A stretch of 64,000 bases of DNA, from contig NC_068998.1 in the NCBI RefSeq assembly GCF_001194135.2, forward strand, positions 49,728,376 to 49,792,375, in the 5' to 3' direction. Origin of the DNA: Octopus bimaculoides (Eukaryota). This document shows, piece after piece, positions 37,849 to 51,399 of this stretch. The translations under genes were made by a program, and so were the position numbers. Under the pieces are notes generated by a model that worked only from the letters and a program-made list of their open reading frames with translations, was not told the origin of the DNA and searched no databases. Every line of letters starts with the position of its first letter. Position 1 is the first letter of the stretch.

Positions 37849-39776
37849 ACCTACGTATCAGTCTAAGCATATATGTATATATGTGAATATGTTTAGATTC
37901 ATTCATGCATATAGGTAAACACACACGTGAACCAAGACTATGCGAGCGAATTTGTTGCATATTTCGAAGATCGAATATGTCATCATTTCTATTGTAACAT
38001 ATCGATGAATGTTTGAACCATTTTTAAAATCTCATTTGACTTAGATTTTTCTCTCAAAAAGAAGACCTAGTCGGGTATCTTTTTATAGAAATCCGTTCAT
38101 ACTAGTTCATACTATATTATTTCTGCGCTGTTTATTGACTTGCAGATATGGTAATATATAATAAATTCTCTACTGCACCTAACTATCTTTGTTTTAAATA
38201 ATTAGCAAAATATCCGTAACATAAATTTCATCCACCGGACGTATCATCATATAACACAAGCAGGTATAATTTTTTTAATCGTTCACCGCGGATTCATTAT
38301 GTCTTGAAAGGTTTACAGACTATAAAGGATGTTTTACTAAGTGATGTATTAGTTAAAAAGGGGAACAATAACCATCATCAAGATTTAAGAATTAAAGAAA
38401 ATTCATTTTCGAAATTTCTAGGTGTTGCGGTGTCAGATGATTGCAATGTATTGGCAGAGAAACGCTGTAGGTTGTCCAGTAAATATTTCCACACACTCAG
38501 ACATGATGTCCGTTTTTGCAGGTATATACATATTCAAACTGTAAGAGTTACAATTACAATATTTAAATATCCAAAGTCGGTGATCAGGCAGAATCGTTAG
38601 CTGACCCGGAAAAAAGCTTAGCGACATTTGCTCCAAATTCTCCCGAGGGAGGCTTTGTCTTTTATCCCTTCGGGTTCGATAAAATAAGTACCAATCAAGT
38701 ACTGAGGTCGCTGTAATCGATTTACTAAATTTACCCGAAATTTATGGTTGTGTGCCAAGATATTTATTCAGTATAACAATATGTAATTATTTTTCGTCTG
38801 TCTCTAGGTTCTGAATTCAAATTCCGCTTTTGCGGTCGAATACTTAAGTACCATTTGCGTACTGGGTCGATGTAATCTACTGGCCCCCTCCCCGTCAAAA
38901 TTTTCCCTTATGAAAGGTAATTGAGTGCCATTCCGAGTTCATGTACCCATATCAACATCCAGCCCATGAGGTATATCATTGAGCGGGAACGTAAACTGTA
39001 TGACATCAATGGACACTGATCAGTTTAGATCGATCGAAAGCTTTCTATATGGCCGACAATCAATTCTTAGCGACTGTATTGAACGCTGTGAGTTTCTTTC
39101 CCATCATCCACGTTTAGATTGCCGCAATATATAATAACAGGTACTTGGTGAATCGGGAGAATATTTATCTATCGTAAATATTTCTTATACTGCACTCGGT
39201 GCGTGAATATCGTCCACTCTCGTGTTTTCAGTTTCGACTAGCTCAAGAAAATCTACTTTGGAAACTGGAGACGTTGATGTGTATCTGGCGGGAATTAGGT
39301 TGAGTGAGCTGTGTCGGCATTCACGGTCGATGTCCCGTTACCGTTTTCAATTGGTCACTCGGTACATAGATCTACAATATGGTAGAGCGACAACCATATT
39401 GTAAATCAGTGCAGAAATATGAACGACAAGTTTTGAAAATGGAATGAAGAGAACAATAGGAGGCACGTGTAACTGTGTCACCGAAAAGGTCAGAGAATAT
39501 GTGAATATAGAGCTGTAACAGAGAAACTAAAATAATTTTAAACTGACATATATTCTAAAAATGCCGTTGGTGTATTTAATTGGTAAAATATAAACATCTC
39601 CATGTAAAAGAATTTGTTCCAACATCGAGAACCACGCAAAACAAACACATAAACGTGTGTGCCACAAGAGCGGCCAGAGATTTTTTTCCGGCTGATGCAC
39701 CAAGACTTTCAAATCAGTGGTCTTGCATGGCCGCAATCAAAAGACTGAAAGTATTAAAAGAATAAAAGAATACGCA

Positions 39777-39829
<53 letters not shown>

Positions 39830-41277
39830 CCGGTATTATGCACGCGATTACTGTGAATAAAATCTAATTTCTTGTAAAATAGAATTGAGCAACATAAAAA
39901 TTTATGCCCGTCCTTCTATGATACTGACAGATTAATGGTTTTGTCTTTCAGACGACTCAGAAGAAATAGAGTTTGTGCTTTTAAAATAAGTGATGAATGT
40001 TTTAAATATTTCAAGTTCTACAATCATTATAAATGTGTGGTAAGACCATATGTATTGTTTCTTCAATTTTTCCAATTCGGAGTTATTTGGCTANNNNNNN
40101 NNNNNNNNNNNNNNNNNNNNNNNNNNNNNNNNNNNNNNNNNNNNNNNNNNNNNNNNNNNNNNNNNNNNNNNNNNNNNNNNNNNNNNNNNNNNNNNNNNNN
40201 NNNNNNNNNNNNNNNNNNNNNNNNNNNNNNNNNNNNNNNNNNNNNNNNNNNNNNNNNNNNNNNNNNNNNNNNNNNNNNNNNNNNNNNNNNNNNNNNNNNN
40301 NNNNNNNNNNNNNNNNNNNNNNNNNNNNNNNNNNNNNNNNNNNNNNNNNNNNNNNNNNNNNNNNNNNNNNNNNNNNNNNNNNNNNNNNNNNNNNNNNNNN
40401 NNNNNNNNNNNNNNNNNNNNNNNNNNNNNNNNNNNNNNNNNNNNNNNNNNNNNNNNNNNNNNNNNNNNNNNNNNNNNNNNNNNNNNNNNNNNNNNNNNNN
40501 NNNNNNNNNNNNNNNNNNNNNNNNNNNNNNNNNNNNTATATATATATATATGGATCTTTTCACTTTGGCTGCCAATTCTATTGAAAAGTTTATAAGTTTA
40601 TTATATCTATTTGTTTTCCAGGAAGAATATCGGGAGATATTACACATCTTTCAGAAAAAAAAAGAAAAATGTTGAAGACAATTAAATTTTGATCATTTTA
40701 ACCCAGTTATAAAACAGTATATGGAAGCTGTCATTTTGTGCGTGATAGCACGTGTTGTCAACTGTGCACATACGAAAGGAATTTTAATTTTCAGAATTGT
40801 TTTGAAAAAAATTGTATATTACCTGCAGGTATTAATACGACTGGGCAGAAGCCAATGAAAAAAGTTAGGGAGGTGCGTGATTTAAGAGAATATTTGAGGG
40901 GATATTCCGTGAAAAACATATATTTGTTGACATATGCTTTCTAGCAAAAAATAAAAGATTTTTCAGGCTTGACTTGTTACTATGGAAACAGGCATGAATT
41001 TCTCTGTGGCATAAGATTGGATAACATTACCCAAAATTAATGAACTTTAAATATAGAAACTCTATATTTCTTGATTTATGACGAAGAAGAATTTCAAGGT
41101 ATCGATAGAATATGAATTTCTGTCAATAGAGTGGCTGTTCTTTTATTCTTTTAACTTTTTACTCATTTCAGTCATTTGACTGTGGCCAAATCGAATGCAG
41201 GAGTCATTCTTTGTAAGCCTAGTTAATATCCTGTTCTACCAAACCACTAAATTATCAGTTGTCAAGCGATTGCGGGG

Positions 41278-41334
<57 letters not shown>

Positions 41335-42340
41335 NNNNNNNNNNNNNNNNNNNNNNNNNNNNNNNNNNNNNNNNNNNNNNNNNNNNNNNNNNNNNNNNNN
41401 NNNNNNNNNNNNNNNNNNNNNNNNNNNNNNNNNNNNNNNNNNNNNNNNNNNNNNNNNNNNNNNNNNNNNNNNNNNNNNNNNNNNNNNNNNNNNNNNNNNN
41501 NNNNNNNNNNNNNNNNNNNNNNNNNNNNNNNNNNNNNNNNNNNNNNNNNNNNNNNNNNNNNNNNNNNNNNNNNNNNNNNNNNNNNNNNNNNNNNNNNNNN
41601 NNNNNNNNNNNNNNNNNNNNNNNNNNNNNNNNNNNNNNNNNNNNNNNNNNNNNNNNNNNNNNNNNNNNNNNNNNNNNNNNNNNNNNNNNNNNNNNNNNNN
41701 NNNNNNNNNNNNNNNNNNNNNNNNNNNNNNNNNNNNNNNNNNNNNNNNNNNNNNNNNNNNNNNNNNNNNNNNNNNNNNNNNNNNNNNNNNNNNNNNNNNN
41801 NNNNNNNNNNNNNNNNNNNNNNNNNNNNNNNNNNNNNNNNNNNNNNNNNNNNNNNNNNNNNNNNNNNNNNNNNNNNNNNNNNNNNNNNNNNNNNNNNNNN
41901 NNNNNNNNNNNNNNNNNNNNNNNNNNNNNNNNNNNNNNNNNNNNNNNNNNNNNNNNNNNNATATATATATATGTGCCCATGTACGGGTATATGTACGTTA
42001 TATACATGATTAATTTTTTATTTCAGTTTCATGGCGGAGCAGATATAAACAGAAATACGGTAGGTAGTGCCAATGTAAAATATTGTTAGTATTTCACCAA
42101 TATGGTAGAGCAAAGTAGGTGTAGTTTTGAAACGATAAGTCTTGGTTATCAACGAATAAACATCTCAATATCTAATAAGTGCAACTTGAGTAGTATTTTC
42201 CTTCAGAATTTTCACGTATACCATTCGTAATATTATGGCAGTAAATGCGTTGCTAACAAAAAAAAAAGAGTTTAAATAACTTTGAAATATGTCACTAATG
42301 TACCTGAAAAATAAGATATATACTGAAATATGTATTTGAT

Positions 42341-42403
<63 letters not shown>

Positions 42404-42760
42404 ATAGTAGTAGTAAAACGTCTACTATATCAGTTGTTATGAATAATGCACGCTTATATCAAGGCATCACAATTGCCGTAACATATAAAAGCAAATTCTA
42501 TTTAGGGAATTTCAACATGACACATCGTAAAAAGCTAATACCGTTTAGCAATATTTGTACATATATTTATATGGATGTATTTAGCTTTACTCGTGGTGTA
42601 TAATGCCTTTAACACTTCTAGGGACGACTTCGCATGTCGAATCCCTGTTTTCATCGTTATAACAAAAGATCTGCGTTGCGTGTTATATAAACAATGCCGT
42701 TTCGTACAACACTGCTTCTGTCACTAGTATTTAATTTATCCTTCTCTTTCTTTCTTTCTT

Positions 42761-42799
<39 letters not shown>

Positions 42800-43445
42800 C
42801 TCTATCTCTTTCATCACCCTCCTTACCACCGGCTCCTCATCCATCTTCTCAATGTGACCAAAGCAACTCAAAATTCGTCTATCCATTTTGGTTGTTTGTT
42901 TATCTCTTAATCCGCCTCGCCTTCCGCATCTCCTCATTCGTCATCCTGTCCATCGCATCACACCAACCACAGCCCTCAAACACCTCATCTCAAGCACATC
43001 CAGACGCCTCCTTTCCCCCTCTCTGAGCCATATAATATTGTCGGCACAACCTCTTTTCGTTTTTCATACTAAACCTTTCATCTCAGAGCTTATAGATGAT
43101 AGGAAAGCTTGGAGAGTGCTTGTGGACGGATGAGAGAATGTGATGTTGCTCAAAGCGGTACGGAACCAGCATGGTCCAGAGGGGTCAAATTAGAATATGC
43201 AGTTGGGTCCCGGTGGTGATATTGGGTTTTGCGGTCTATACCGTGACGCAAGCATAGGACAGGACACGCATCTATGAACTTGGAAATTAATGGAATGCCT
43301 GGTGTGTATCTTGTGCGTAGCCCCTCCTAAAAATGGGGAAAAGGCCCGAGTACATGTATGTATCTGTATGCATATATATATATAAAAGTATTAGGTGAAT
43401 TGTTAATGATATTGCTGTTATTGCTGTGGATTCTATTATCAATAT

Positions 43446-43504
<59 letters not shown>

Positions 43505-43505
43505 G

Positions 43506-43565
<60 letters not shown>

Positions 43566-43791
43566 ATAATAGCGATACCAATAACGATAATGCGATTACT
43601 GTTTTTTATAATGACGTAATTCTTCCATTCTTCTATTTAATGTTACGTAAGAAACAGCTACAATGAGCTGACGATTATCCATCACGTGTTATATAATATA
43701 TCATAAATAACATTTCAAATCCTCTTTGCAGGTCAGGCTGGAAAGATTATTGGCTTTTGCGTTTGTCGCTCAATTAATTATAACGAAATAA
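37028..43791 (+). CDS. Gene F: join(37028..37064,38422..38521,39952..40039,42027..42059,43732..43791). [105 protein letters not shown]
   Basis: Open spliced frame with canonical sites. Gaps at 40095-40536 and 41335-41960 could hide extra stalk exons. Confidence 0.85.
38422..38521 (+). CDS. Gene F exon 2
   Basis: atttctag|GT GTT GCG...TTT TGC AG|gtatat; 100 nt. Confidence 0.85.
38590..38900 (+). mobile_element. Family-1 SINE fragments
   Basis: ttgtcttttatcccttcgggttcgataaaataagtacc core. Confidence 0.65.
39952..40039 (+). CDS. Gene F exon 3
   Basis: ttgtctttcag|A CGA...AAA TGT GTG|gtaaga; 88 nt. Confidence 0.85.
42027..42059 (+). CDS. Gene F stalk microexon [11 protein letters not shown]
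   Basis: tttttatttcag|33 nt|gtaggt; shares the RN motif of the A, B and C stalk exons. Confidence 0.75.
42600..43360 (+). mobile_element. RTE-like non-LTR retrotransposon fragments with (CT)n
   Basis: Minus-strand [14 protein letters not shown] motif typical of LINE C-termini; LINE-like 3' end. Confidence 0.45.
43447..43563. repeat. (CTA)n microsatellite
   Basis: Direct observation. Confidence 0.95.
43732..43791 (+). CDS. Gene F last exon [19 protein letters not shown]
   Basis: ctctttgcag|GTC; AATAAA overlaps the stop. Confidence 0.8.
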   Translation, partial: VRLERLLAFAFVAQLIITK

Positions 43792-46700
43792 AGAATCTAT
43801 TGTAATAAATATATTGTATTATTTCATGTCTTGGTGAATTTGTCTTTGTTTTCGTATGCCTTCCGTTTAGTATTGGTCATTACACCATGACGAATTCGTT
43901 GTAATTATGTTGCATATTTTTAAGATGGTGGATAATCCAAAGACTGAAAGCTACATTTTATGTATAAAATGTTTTATTTAACCATTTATTTAACTCAGTC
44001 ATTGAAGTTCGGTCATGATAGCTTTAGTCGACCTCAGCATTCCTCTAAATGTGGTAATCATTCTATCATCATTCTTTGCCGAATGTTTAATTTACAGGGA
44101 GGTAAACACACCAACACAGGCTGTCAAGTTCTTGTGGAGTACAAAACACATATGAATACACACACACACAAACACAGATGCATGTGTGTTAAATTTCCAC
44201 AGTTTCAATCACCCAAATACTCTAAAAAAGCATTGGGCGATCCGTAGATATAGATTAAGTCACTCATCGAAGTTGTGATTTGGGATTGTATTGGAAGCCA
44301 CATGAATGCAAAGCGAGTTTCTTTATCGCACAGCTATGACTGCGCCAACATTGTTGCGCCCATCTTTTCTGAAATATAAAATAATTCTTGTAGTTTTTGA
44401 AAATAAGATTAATTATGAGTGTTCCATTCTGTGTTAGGAGGATGAACAATGTGGATTAATCATATGAGTTGATGAAGAAAATATCGATCTACCAGTGACT
44501 AAACTGGCACCCCTACCACATTCACTTGACGAGGTATTGCCTAATATCATCTGTATCGCATATCATCTGCATAGTCTATATCTGAAGGCTTAGTGAGACG
44601 AAAAACAAACTACATTGAGACGTGTGCACAAGTGCGTTAATAACAAACCAAGTTGAATATATGTTGGCTTTTACATATGTAATGTGATAATAAGATCATT
44701 ATCTTCTTCACCTTAGACAGATAGTTGTTCTTAGTTTGTAATTTTAAGCAAGAAGTGAACCATAGAAGTATGGATTCCGGGGAAGAATTTAGTATATTGA
44801 AATACTAAAATCCATGTATAGAAAATCTGTATTAGATATTGAGAAAATACGAGGATAAACTTCGAATACGAAAGATCAGAGTACCAAAATCAGATGAATA
44901 TCATTATCTCTACATTGGGGACAATAGATTAATCAAATTCATTGAAAAGGGACTACAAAATAAATCATGTTTGTTCATATTACCTGTGAAAACAAACGAT
45001 ACCATCACACTGATATAGGCAGGTACTAATATACTTGTAACTTTCTTCTGCCAAAAAAAAAAAAAACAGATTCGTAAGGACGAACAAGTATCCTATTGAA
45101 ATAGGGGGATAATAACGAAGATTAATGAACCAGGAAAGTTGGATGTCAGCTGCACCCCAGAATGTATGGAGGATTTATGAAGCAAAGAGAGAAAGATTAC
45201 GAAAAGTGTACATATAGGGAAAACTAATTTTAGAACAACAATCGAAAGACTAAATCTGAGTGTAAAGACCAAATCTGCAAACATCAGAAAATTTGATGGT
45301 AAAACAACCAAGTAAAATTTTATGAGGAGAAATTTTGGTGAAAATTAATTGCGATCTAAAAAGCAGAGAGGATAAGTCTAGTGGAAAAATACATTAAAAA
45401 TGTTCAAACACAGGATGATGTAACCATTATGGAAGCAAATATCGGAATAGAATTTGAAAATGTAGGGATGAGGGTAGCTTCAGGACTATACCTAGTGCAT
45501 GCCTAGTGGAAGAGAGTACAAGTCTCATCAGGTTAACAAAGCAAGTACATAAGTGTACATTAATGAGAAGTGTACATTAATGAGAAGTGTAACACTGTGG
45601 CTATAGAAAGAAATTAAAACTAGCGAATGCAGAAAGATAGATTTAAAGGAAATTTCGAGTTCATGGCAAATAGTTCTTTGCCACTTGTTTTTCTTAAATA
45701 GATTCCAAACTTTGAAATGTCTTATTTTCTCGAGACAATAACAACTTTCACATGACAGGAGATTAGTTTATATAATGGTCACCAGCAAAAGAAGTTATTC
45801 CGGTGAGTTATCAGATTACAAGTCCCAGTTTGTGCCACTTCCACTGTTGTGGATGAATTCACGTGACTTTAAATCGCTTTAGAGATTTAAAATTAATTTT
45901 TGTAAGAAGATATTGAAGGAGGATCTTTTTCGAACTGTAGTCACCCTGGAATGATATTTTTAAAAAGTTTCATAAATAAAAGGATTTTCATGTAGCTAAT
46001 TGCCTCTTCCTACATTTCCGCTGAAAACTCATGAGTGTAGATGTTTTTCTCTTGCTGGAATTTTCATAATTTTTTCCAATTGTAAAAAGTAATGATTCGC
46101 TACATTTTTATCCATATTCAGTTGCTGGACCACAAGCTGTGAAAAGATATTTACACGAAATATAAATTTGTAGATCAATATTCAGTCCGCTTGCAATATG
46201 TATTTTTTGTAAAATGAGTGATATACAGACTGCTACTATCCATGCAGCGATCAAAACATTACTTCCGACTTTAGTTTATCCCAATTCCCCTAGAATCTAC
46301 CCCTTTTAGGATGGGCAGTGATATTCAAGAAAGACGTAAAAGGGAATGGTTGTGTAGGACCTGAATACTCATCTATCACTCGGGTCTTACGCAGCGAATA
46401 CGTCTGCCGTTGAAGCGCATGTCATGGGTAAAAGTTTCAAACAATGTTAAGCTGTTTCCCATATTATATGATCTCCACTGGACATAAAATATTCACTAAC
46501 ATAAATTTTTAGAACTTGTAGAAAATTAACACGTATGTGTGAAACTTGAACACTTAAAAACAACTAAACAGGTTTTAATATGACATGGAGGCCATTAAGA
46601 TGATAAATTCATTTTTAAAAATATGTCTTCTATAAATCATATTCATTTGTGAATTTCTTTATTTGTCTATTTGTTTATTTCCTTATCCAATGATTGTCAA

Positions 46701-46710
46701 CATCTGTTGC
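46701..46710 (+). promoter_or_regulatory. Family upstream element CATCTGTTGC followed by TATATA (pseudogene G)
   Basis: 84 nt before the relic ATG. Confidence 0.5.
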
Positions 46711-46784
46711 AATGCCTTATATATTTCATTTGTAATGAGACAAGTGCATAGTAAAAGCTAGTCATTAAAAAAAATAAAACACCC

Positions 46785-46923
46785 ATGAAAAACAAGCGTA
46801 CTCTTCACATCGCTCCTGATTTTCGAAAAGTACTGCAATATTATTTGCTTATTTTCATATAGGTACTTGGGATGTTGATATGTTTGAGATACGATAAGTT
46901 GAACGAAAGAAAGAAGAGTGAGA

Positions 46924-46964
<41 letters not shown>

Positions 46965-48410
46965 ACACATATATATGAGTGTGTGTGTGTATAGATATAT
47001 CAATATATATCAAATATATATGTATGTATATGTATATATATATATATATATNNNNNNNNNNNNNNNNNNNNNNNNNNNNNNNNNNNNNNNNNNNNNNNNN
47101 NNNNNNNNNNNNNNNNNNNNNNNNNNNNNNNNNNNNNNNNNNNNNNNNNNNNNNNNNNNNNNNNNNNNNNNNNNNNNNNNNNNNNNNNNNNNNNNNNNNN
47201 NNNNNNNNNNNNNNNNNNNNNNNNNNNNNNNNNNNNNNNNNNNNNNNNNNNNNNNNNNNNNNNNNNNNNNNNNNNNNNNNNNNNNNNNNNNNNNNNNNNN
47301 NNNNNNNNNNNNNNNNNNNNNNNNNNNNNNNNNNNNNNNNNNNNNNNNNNNNNNNNNNNNNNNNNNNNNNNNNNNNNNNNNNNNNNNNNNNNNNNNNNNN
47401 NNNNNNNNNNNNNNNNNNNNNNNNNNNNNNNNNNNNNNNNNNNNNNNNNNNNNNNNNNNNNNNATATATATATATATATATACATATATATATAGTCCTG
47501 GGGTCGATTTGCTCGACTAAAGGCGGTGCTCCAGCATGGCCACAGTCAAATGACTGAAACAAGTAAAAGAGTAAACCACAGAATGATCCTGATCGAAAGG
47601 GAAATTTTCCAAATTTTGCGAGAAAGCAATGTAACAATAAACATTAAATTTCAAAGAGAAAATAAATAACTCAGTTCCGTTGGCAAAAGTTTTGTTCTAC
47701 TTGTCTGAATAACCGAACGGATTAGACTGATAAAGAGTTTTGAAAGGGCTGAAATTGTTTCTATTTCTAGATTTAGCGCTGTATGATTAAGGTCAAACAT
47801 TTAAAGTACATTCAACTCCTTCGTCACGCTTTAGCGACATCAATTATAGTGAAGAAGAGATCAAAGTATGTTTAAAGGGATGAGAAAAAGAGGAGGGAAT
47901 AGGGCTAACTTCAACATACATATGGCATCTGAGGATTATTTTACAACTTGTTAAATTTGCTTTCGATTTATATAAAAATTGCATGACCTGCAAAGCTGGA
48001 GCGCACGCCACTTAAGTATAGATTAGCTTTATTTTGGCTGTTAATAATTAATTGCATTCGAATGAATCGACACCATTATTTGTATTTTTCAAGTTTACTC
48101 GCTATTCTATTGTTCTTTTCTCACCACAACACTGTTAACATCTAAAGCACAAGCTTCCATATCCATACAAAAATGATTTCAGAATCATGAAACTGTACAA
48201 TTTTCAAAAGTACTAAATCGTATGCGATTCGTGGAATTAACACTGGCAAACATCTGTTACAGTGCTTCTCACTATACATACGTGCATACACACTTCCATA
48301 CATATATACTTACATATATACTTACATATATATATACTTACATATATACATACATACGTATATACATACATATATATATATGTATACGTATAAATAAACA
48401 CATGCATGTA

Positions 48411-48443
<33 letters not shown>

Positions 48444-49114
48444 NNNNNNNNNNNNNNNNNNNNNNNNNNNNNNNNNNNNNNNNNNNNNNNNNNNNNNNNN
48501 NNNNNNNNNNNNNNNNNNNNNNNNNNNNNNNNNNNNNNNNNNNNNNNNNNNNNNNNNNNNNNNNNNNNNNNNNNNNNNNNNNNNNNNNNNNNNNNNNNNN
48601 NNNNNNNNNNNNNNNNNNNNNNNNNNNNNNNNNNNNNNNNNNNNNNNNNNNNNNNNNNNNNNNNNNNNNNNNNNNNNNNNNNNNNNNNNNNNNNNNNNNN
48701 NNNNNNNNNNNNNNNNNNNNNNNNNNNNNNNNNNNNNNNNNNNNNNNNNNNNNNNNNNNNNNNNNNNNNNNNNNNNNNNNNNNNNNNNNNNNNNNNNNNN
48801 NNNNNNNNNNNNNNNNNNNNNNNNNNNNNNNNNNNNNNNNNNNNNNNNNNNNNNNNNNNNNNNNNNNNNNNNNNNNNNNNNNNNNNNNNNNNNNNNNNNN
48901 NNNNNNNNNNNNNNNNNNNNNNNNNNNNNNNNNNNNNNNNNNNNNNNNNNNNNNNNNNNNNNNNNNNNNNNNNNNNNNNNNNNNNNNNNNNNNNNNNNNN
49001 NNNNNNNNNNNNNNNNNNNNNNNNNNNNNNNNNNNNNNNNNNNNNNNNNNNNNNNNNNNNNNNNNNNNNNNNNNNNNNNNNNNNNNNNNNNNNNNNNNNN
49101 NNNNNNNNNNNNNN

Positions 49115-49155
<41 letters not shown>

Positions 49156-49614
49156 TACGCACATACATATACACATGCGATTATTAGCAAGTCGACCAGA
49201 TCATAAATTAGAGACCTATGAGTATTTAACCTATGAGGATTTCTGTGCAGCAAAAAACATATATTTCAGGATTGCAATATATCACTAATGTGCTATTGTG
49301 TACTAATGTGTGTATGTGTGTTTATATGTGCGTGTATATTAGTGTGTGCGCACGCGCGTGTGTATGTTTATGTATATGTATTACGGCAGCTACACAAACA
49401 CATACATTGATACTATTATTGACTGAAAAAACATCAATTTTCTATAATCCTTTTATGTAAGACTAAACCGCAATTATATCACTTTTTTCTTTTACTGTCG
49501 TGTGATATCTTAAATGGCGAAAATCTTTTTGCTCTACCGCCGCGTATGTTTGGCGTAGTGGTTAAGAGCGCGGGCTACTAACCACAATATCCCGAGATCG
49601 ATTCCAAGCAGTGA

Positions 49615-49665
<51 letters not shown>

Positions 49666-51362
49666 CAACACCGAAAAATACATTAGGAATGAGAAACTAG
49701 GTTCGAAATTTCCCCAAGTCACCTAATGAAGCCTGGAGGGTATATCAGCCGAAACGTCGCGTTAACAATAAACAAGATGAGGACAAACATCCGTCAAATG
49801 AGGGCATTCCTAAGCACGTGATCATAGTTTGCTTTCAGTTCCTTTATTAATCCAGTTTATATAAATGACTTATGCATTTAACTTGTTGTTACATGCCTAC
49901 TTCAATTTTATTAAATGTTTTACTGCAGGCTTTATATATAATTTGTAAATAAACCAAAGTTTTAAATTCTTAGGTGTTCCGTGGTATGGAGATTGCCTTA
50001 ACCAGCATAACAGTCGTTGTAATGAAAACATTATTGAAAATACGTGGTATAACTTTTGCAAGTATATATAAATATACATTTATCATCATTTCATTAGACA
50101 ATTCTGTAATACAATTAATATTTAAACATTCCGTCATTATAAAAGTTCATATATACCGAAATTTTTATCGGTAAAAAATTGGAAAATTGTATCCATTTCA
50201 AAATTTGATATATGTCAGTATGTTCATATTTATATTGTGCGTTGTTTTTCCGATACGCTAATGCACATTTATATTTTTAATAAATGTATTGTTCATTGCT
50301 AAATTAAAAGGCAAAACACGGTTTGCTTGGCATTTGATGCATGTCACAAGATACAAAGTTTTTATGTACACTAAAAATATTTCTTTGTATGTATTTCATA
50401 TCACAATACCTAAATAACATTTCATTAGTTAGATATTTCCAGTAAATGCATCAGTTATTCACAGGTTAGTGCTCAACGAAAATATAGCCTGTGCGTATGT
50501 TATACGATTTAAAACAATAATGATAATTCGTTTAATAGGGCCTAGTTTTCTTTTATTTCCGTTGTTCTGCATGACGGTGCAGTAAAGCACTAGAATTGAA
50601 ATCACTTGATTCCCACTGCGCAGCACCTTAGGCATGTACGTTTTGCTATAGACTTACATCACCTAATGCATTATGAGTGAATCTGGTGGATGAGAATTGG
50701 TCATTAGCCAGAATATATAGTATCCAGTATATATACATACATATCTATGTTGTTGCGTCTATGAACCCTCACTCCAATATTTGAAAATGGAGGTTGATTT
50801 GTGCAGGCCACTTTAACCTGTCAGTTTAATAAGAACTGTCAATAACACAAGCACAAAACATTAAAGTGAGTAACTATGAGACTGGACCAGCTAAAATTCC
50901 AGGTGACTGCTAATAATAGCAGCGAGTAAAGTAGAAGAGATATAGGGAACGAGAAAACCCTATTAACTAGATTCGAATTTTAACATTATTTCATTTCACA
51001 TTTTACAAAATATTTAATATCATACCAGAAATTTGAATATTCAGGTTTCAATTCCTAAGTGCTTTCTTTTTCTTACAGAATTTACACGACTTCTAAAAAG
51101 TGCTTTAATAACCTGTCAAAATATTGTCTTGGATTCTACGATTTCTATCATAAACACAAGTGTTTGGTAAGATATTAGAATTAATTTTGATCCATTCATA
51201 CCAACAGTTTCTCAGTTAACAAACGATACAATGCTTAGATTTGTTAAAACATGTGACAAGGACATTGCTCGATAGTAACCGTTAAAACAAATCTTCCTGT
51301 ATTCATACTTTGTCACTAGCCTGTTATTTCCTGAAACTAGATCGAAGTAAATAGTAGCAATT

Positions 51363-51399
<37 letters not shown>

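Noticed and set aside
51079-51110. NLHDF*K segment resembling the gene C stalk exon
   Set aside because: In-frame stop and no donor; at most another decayed piece of pseudogene G.
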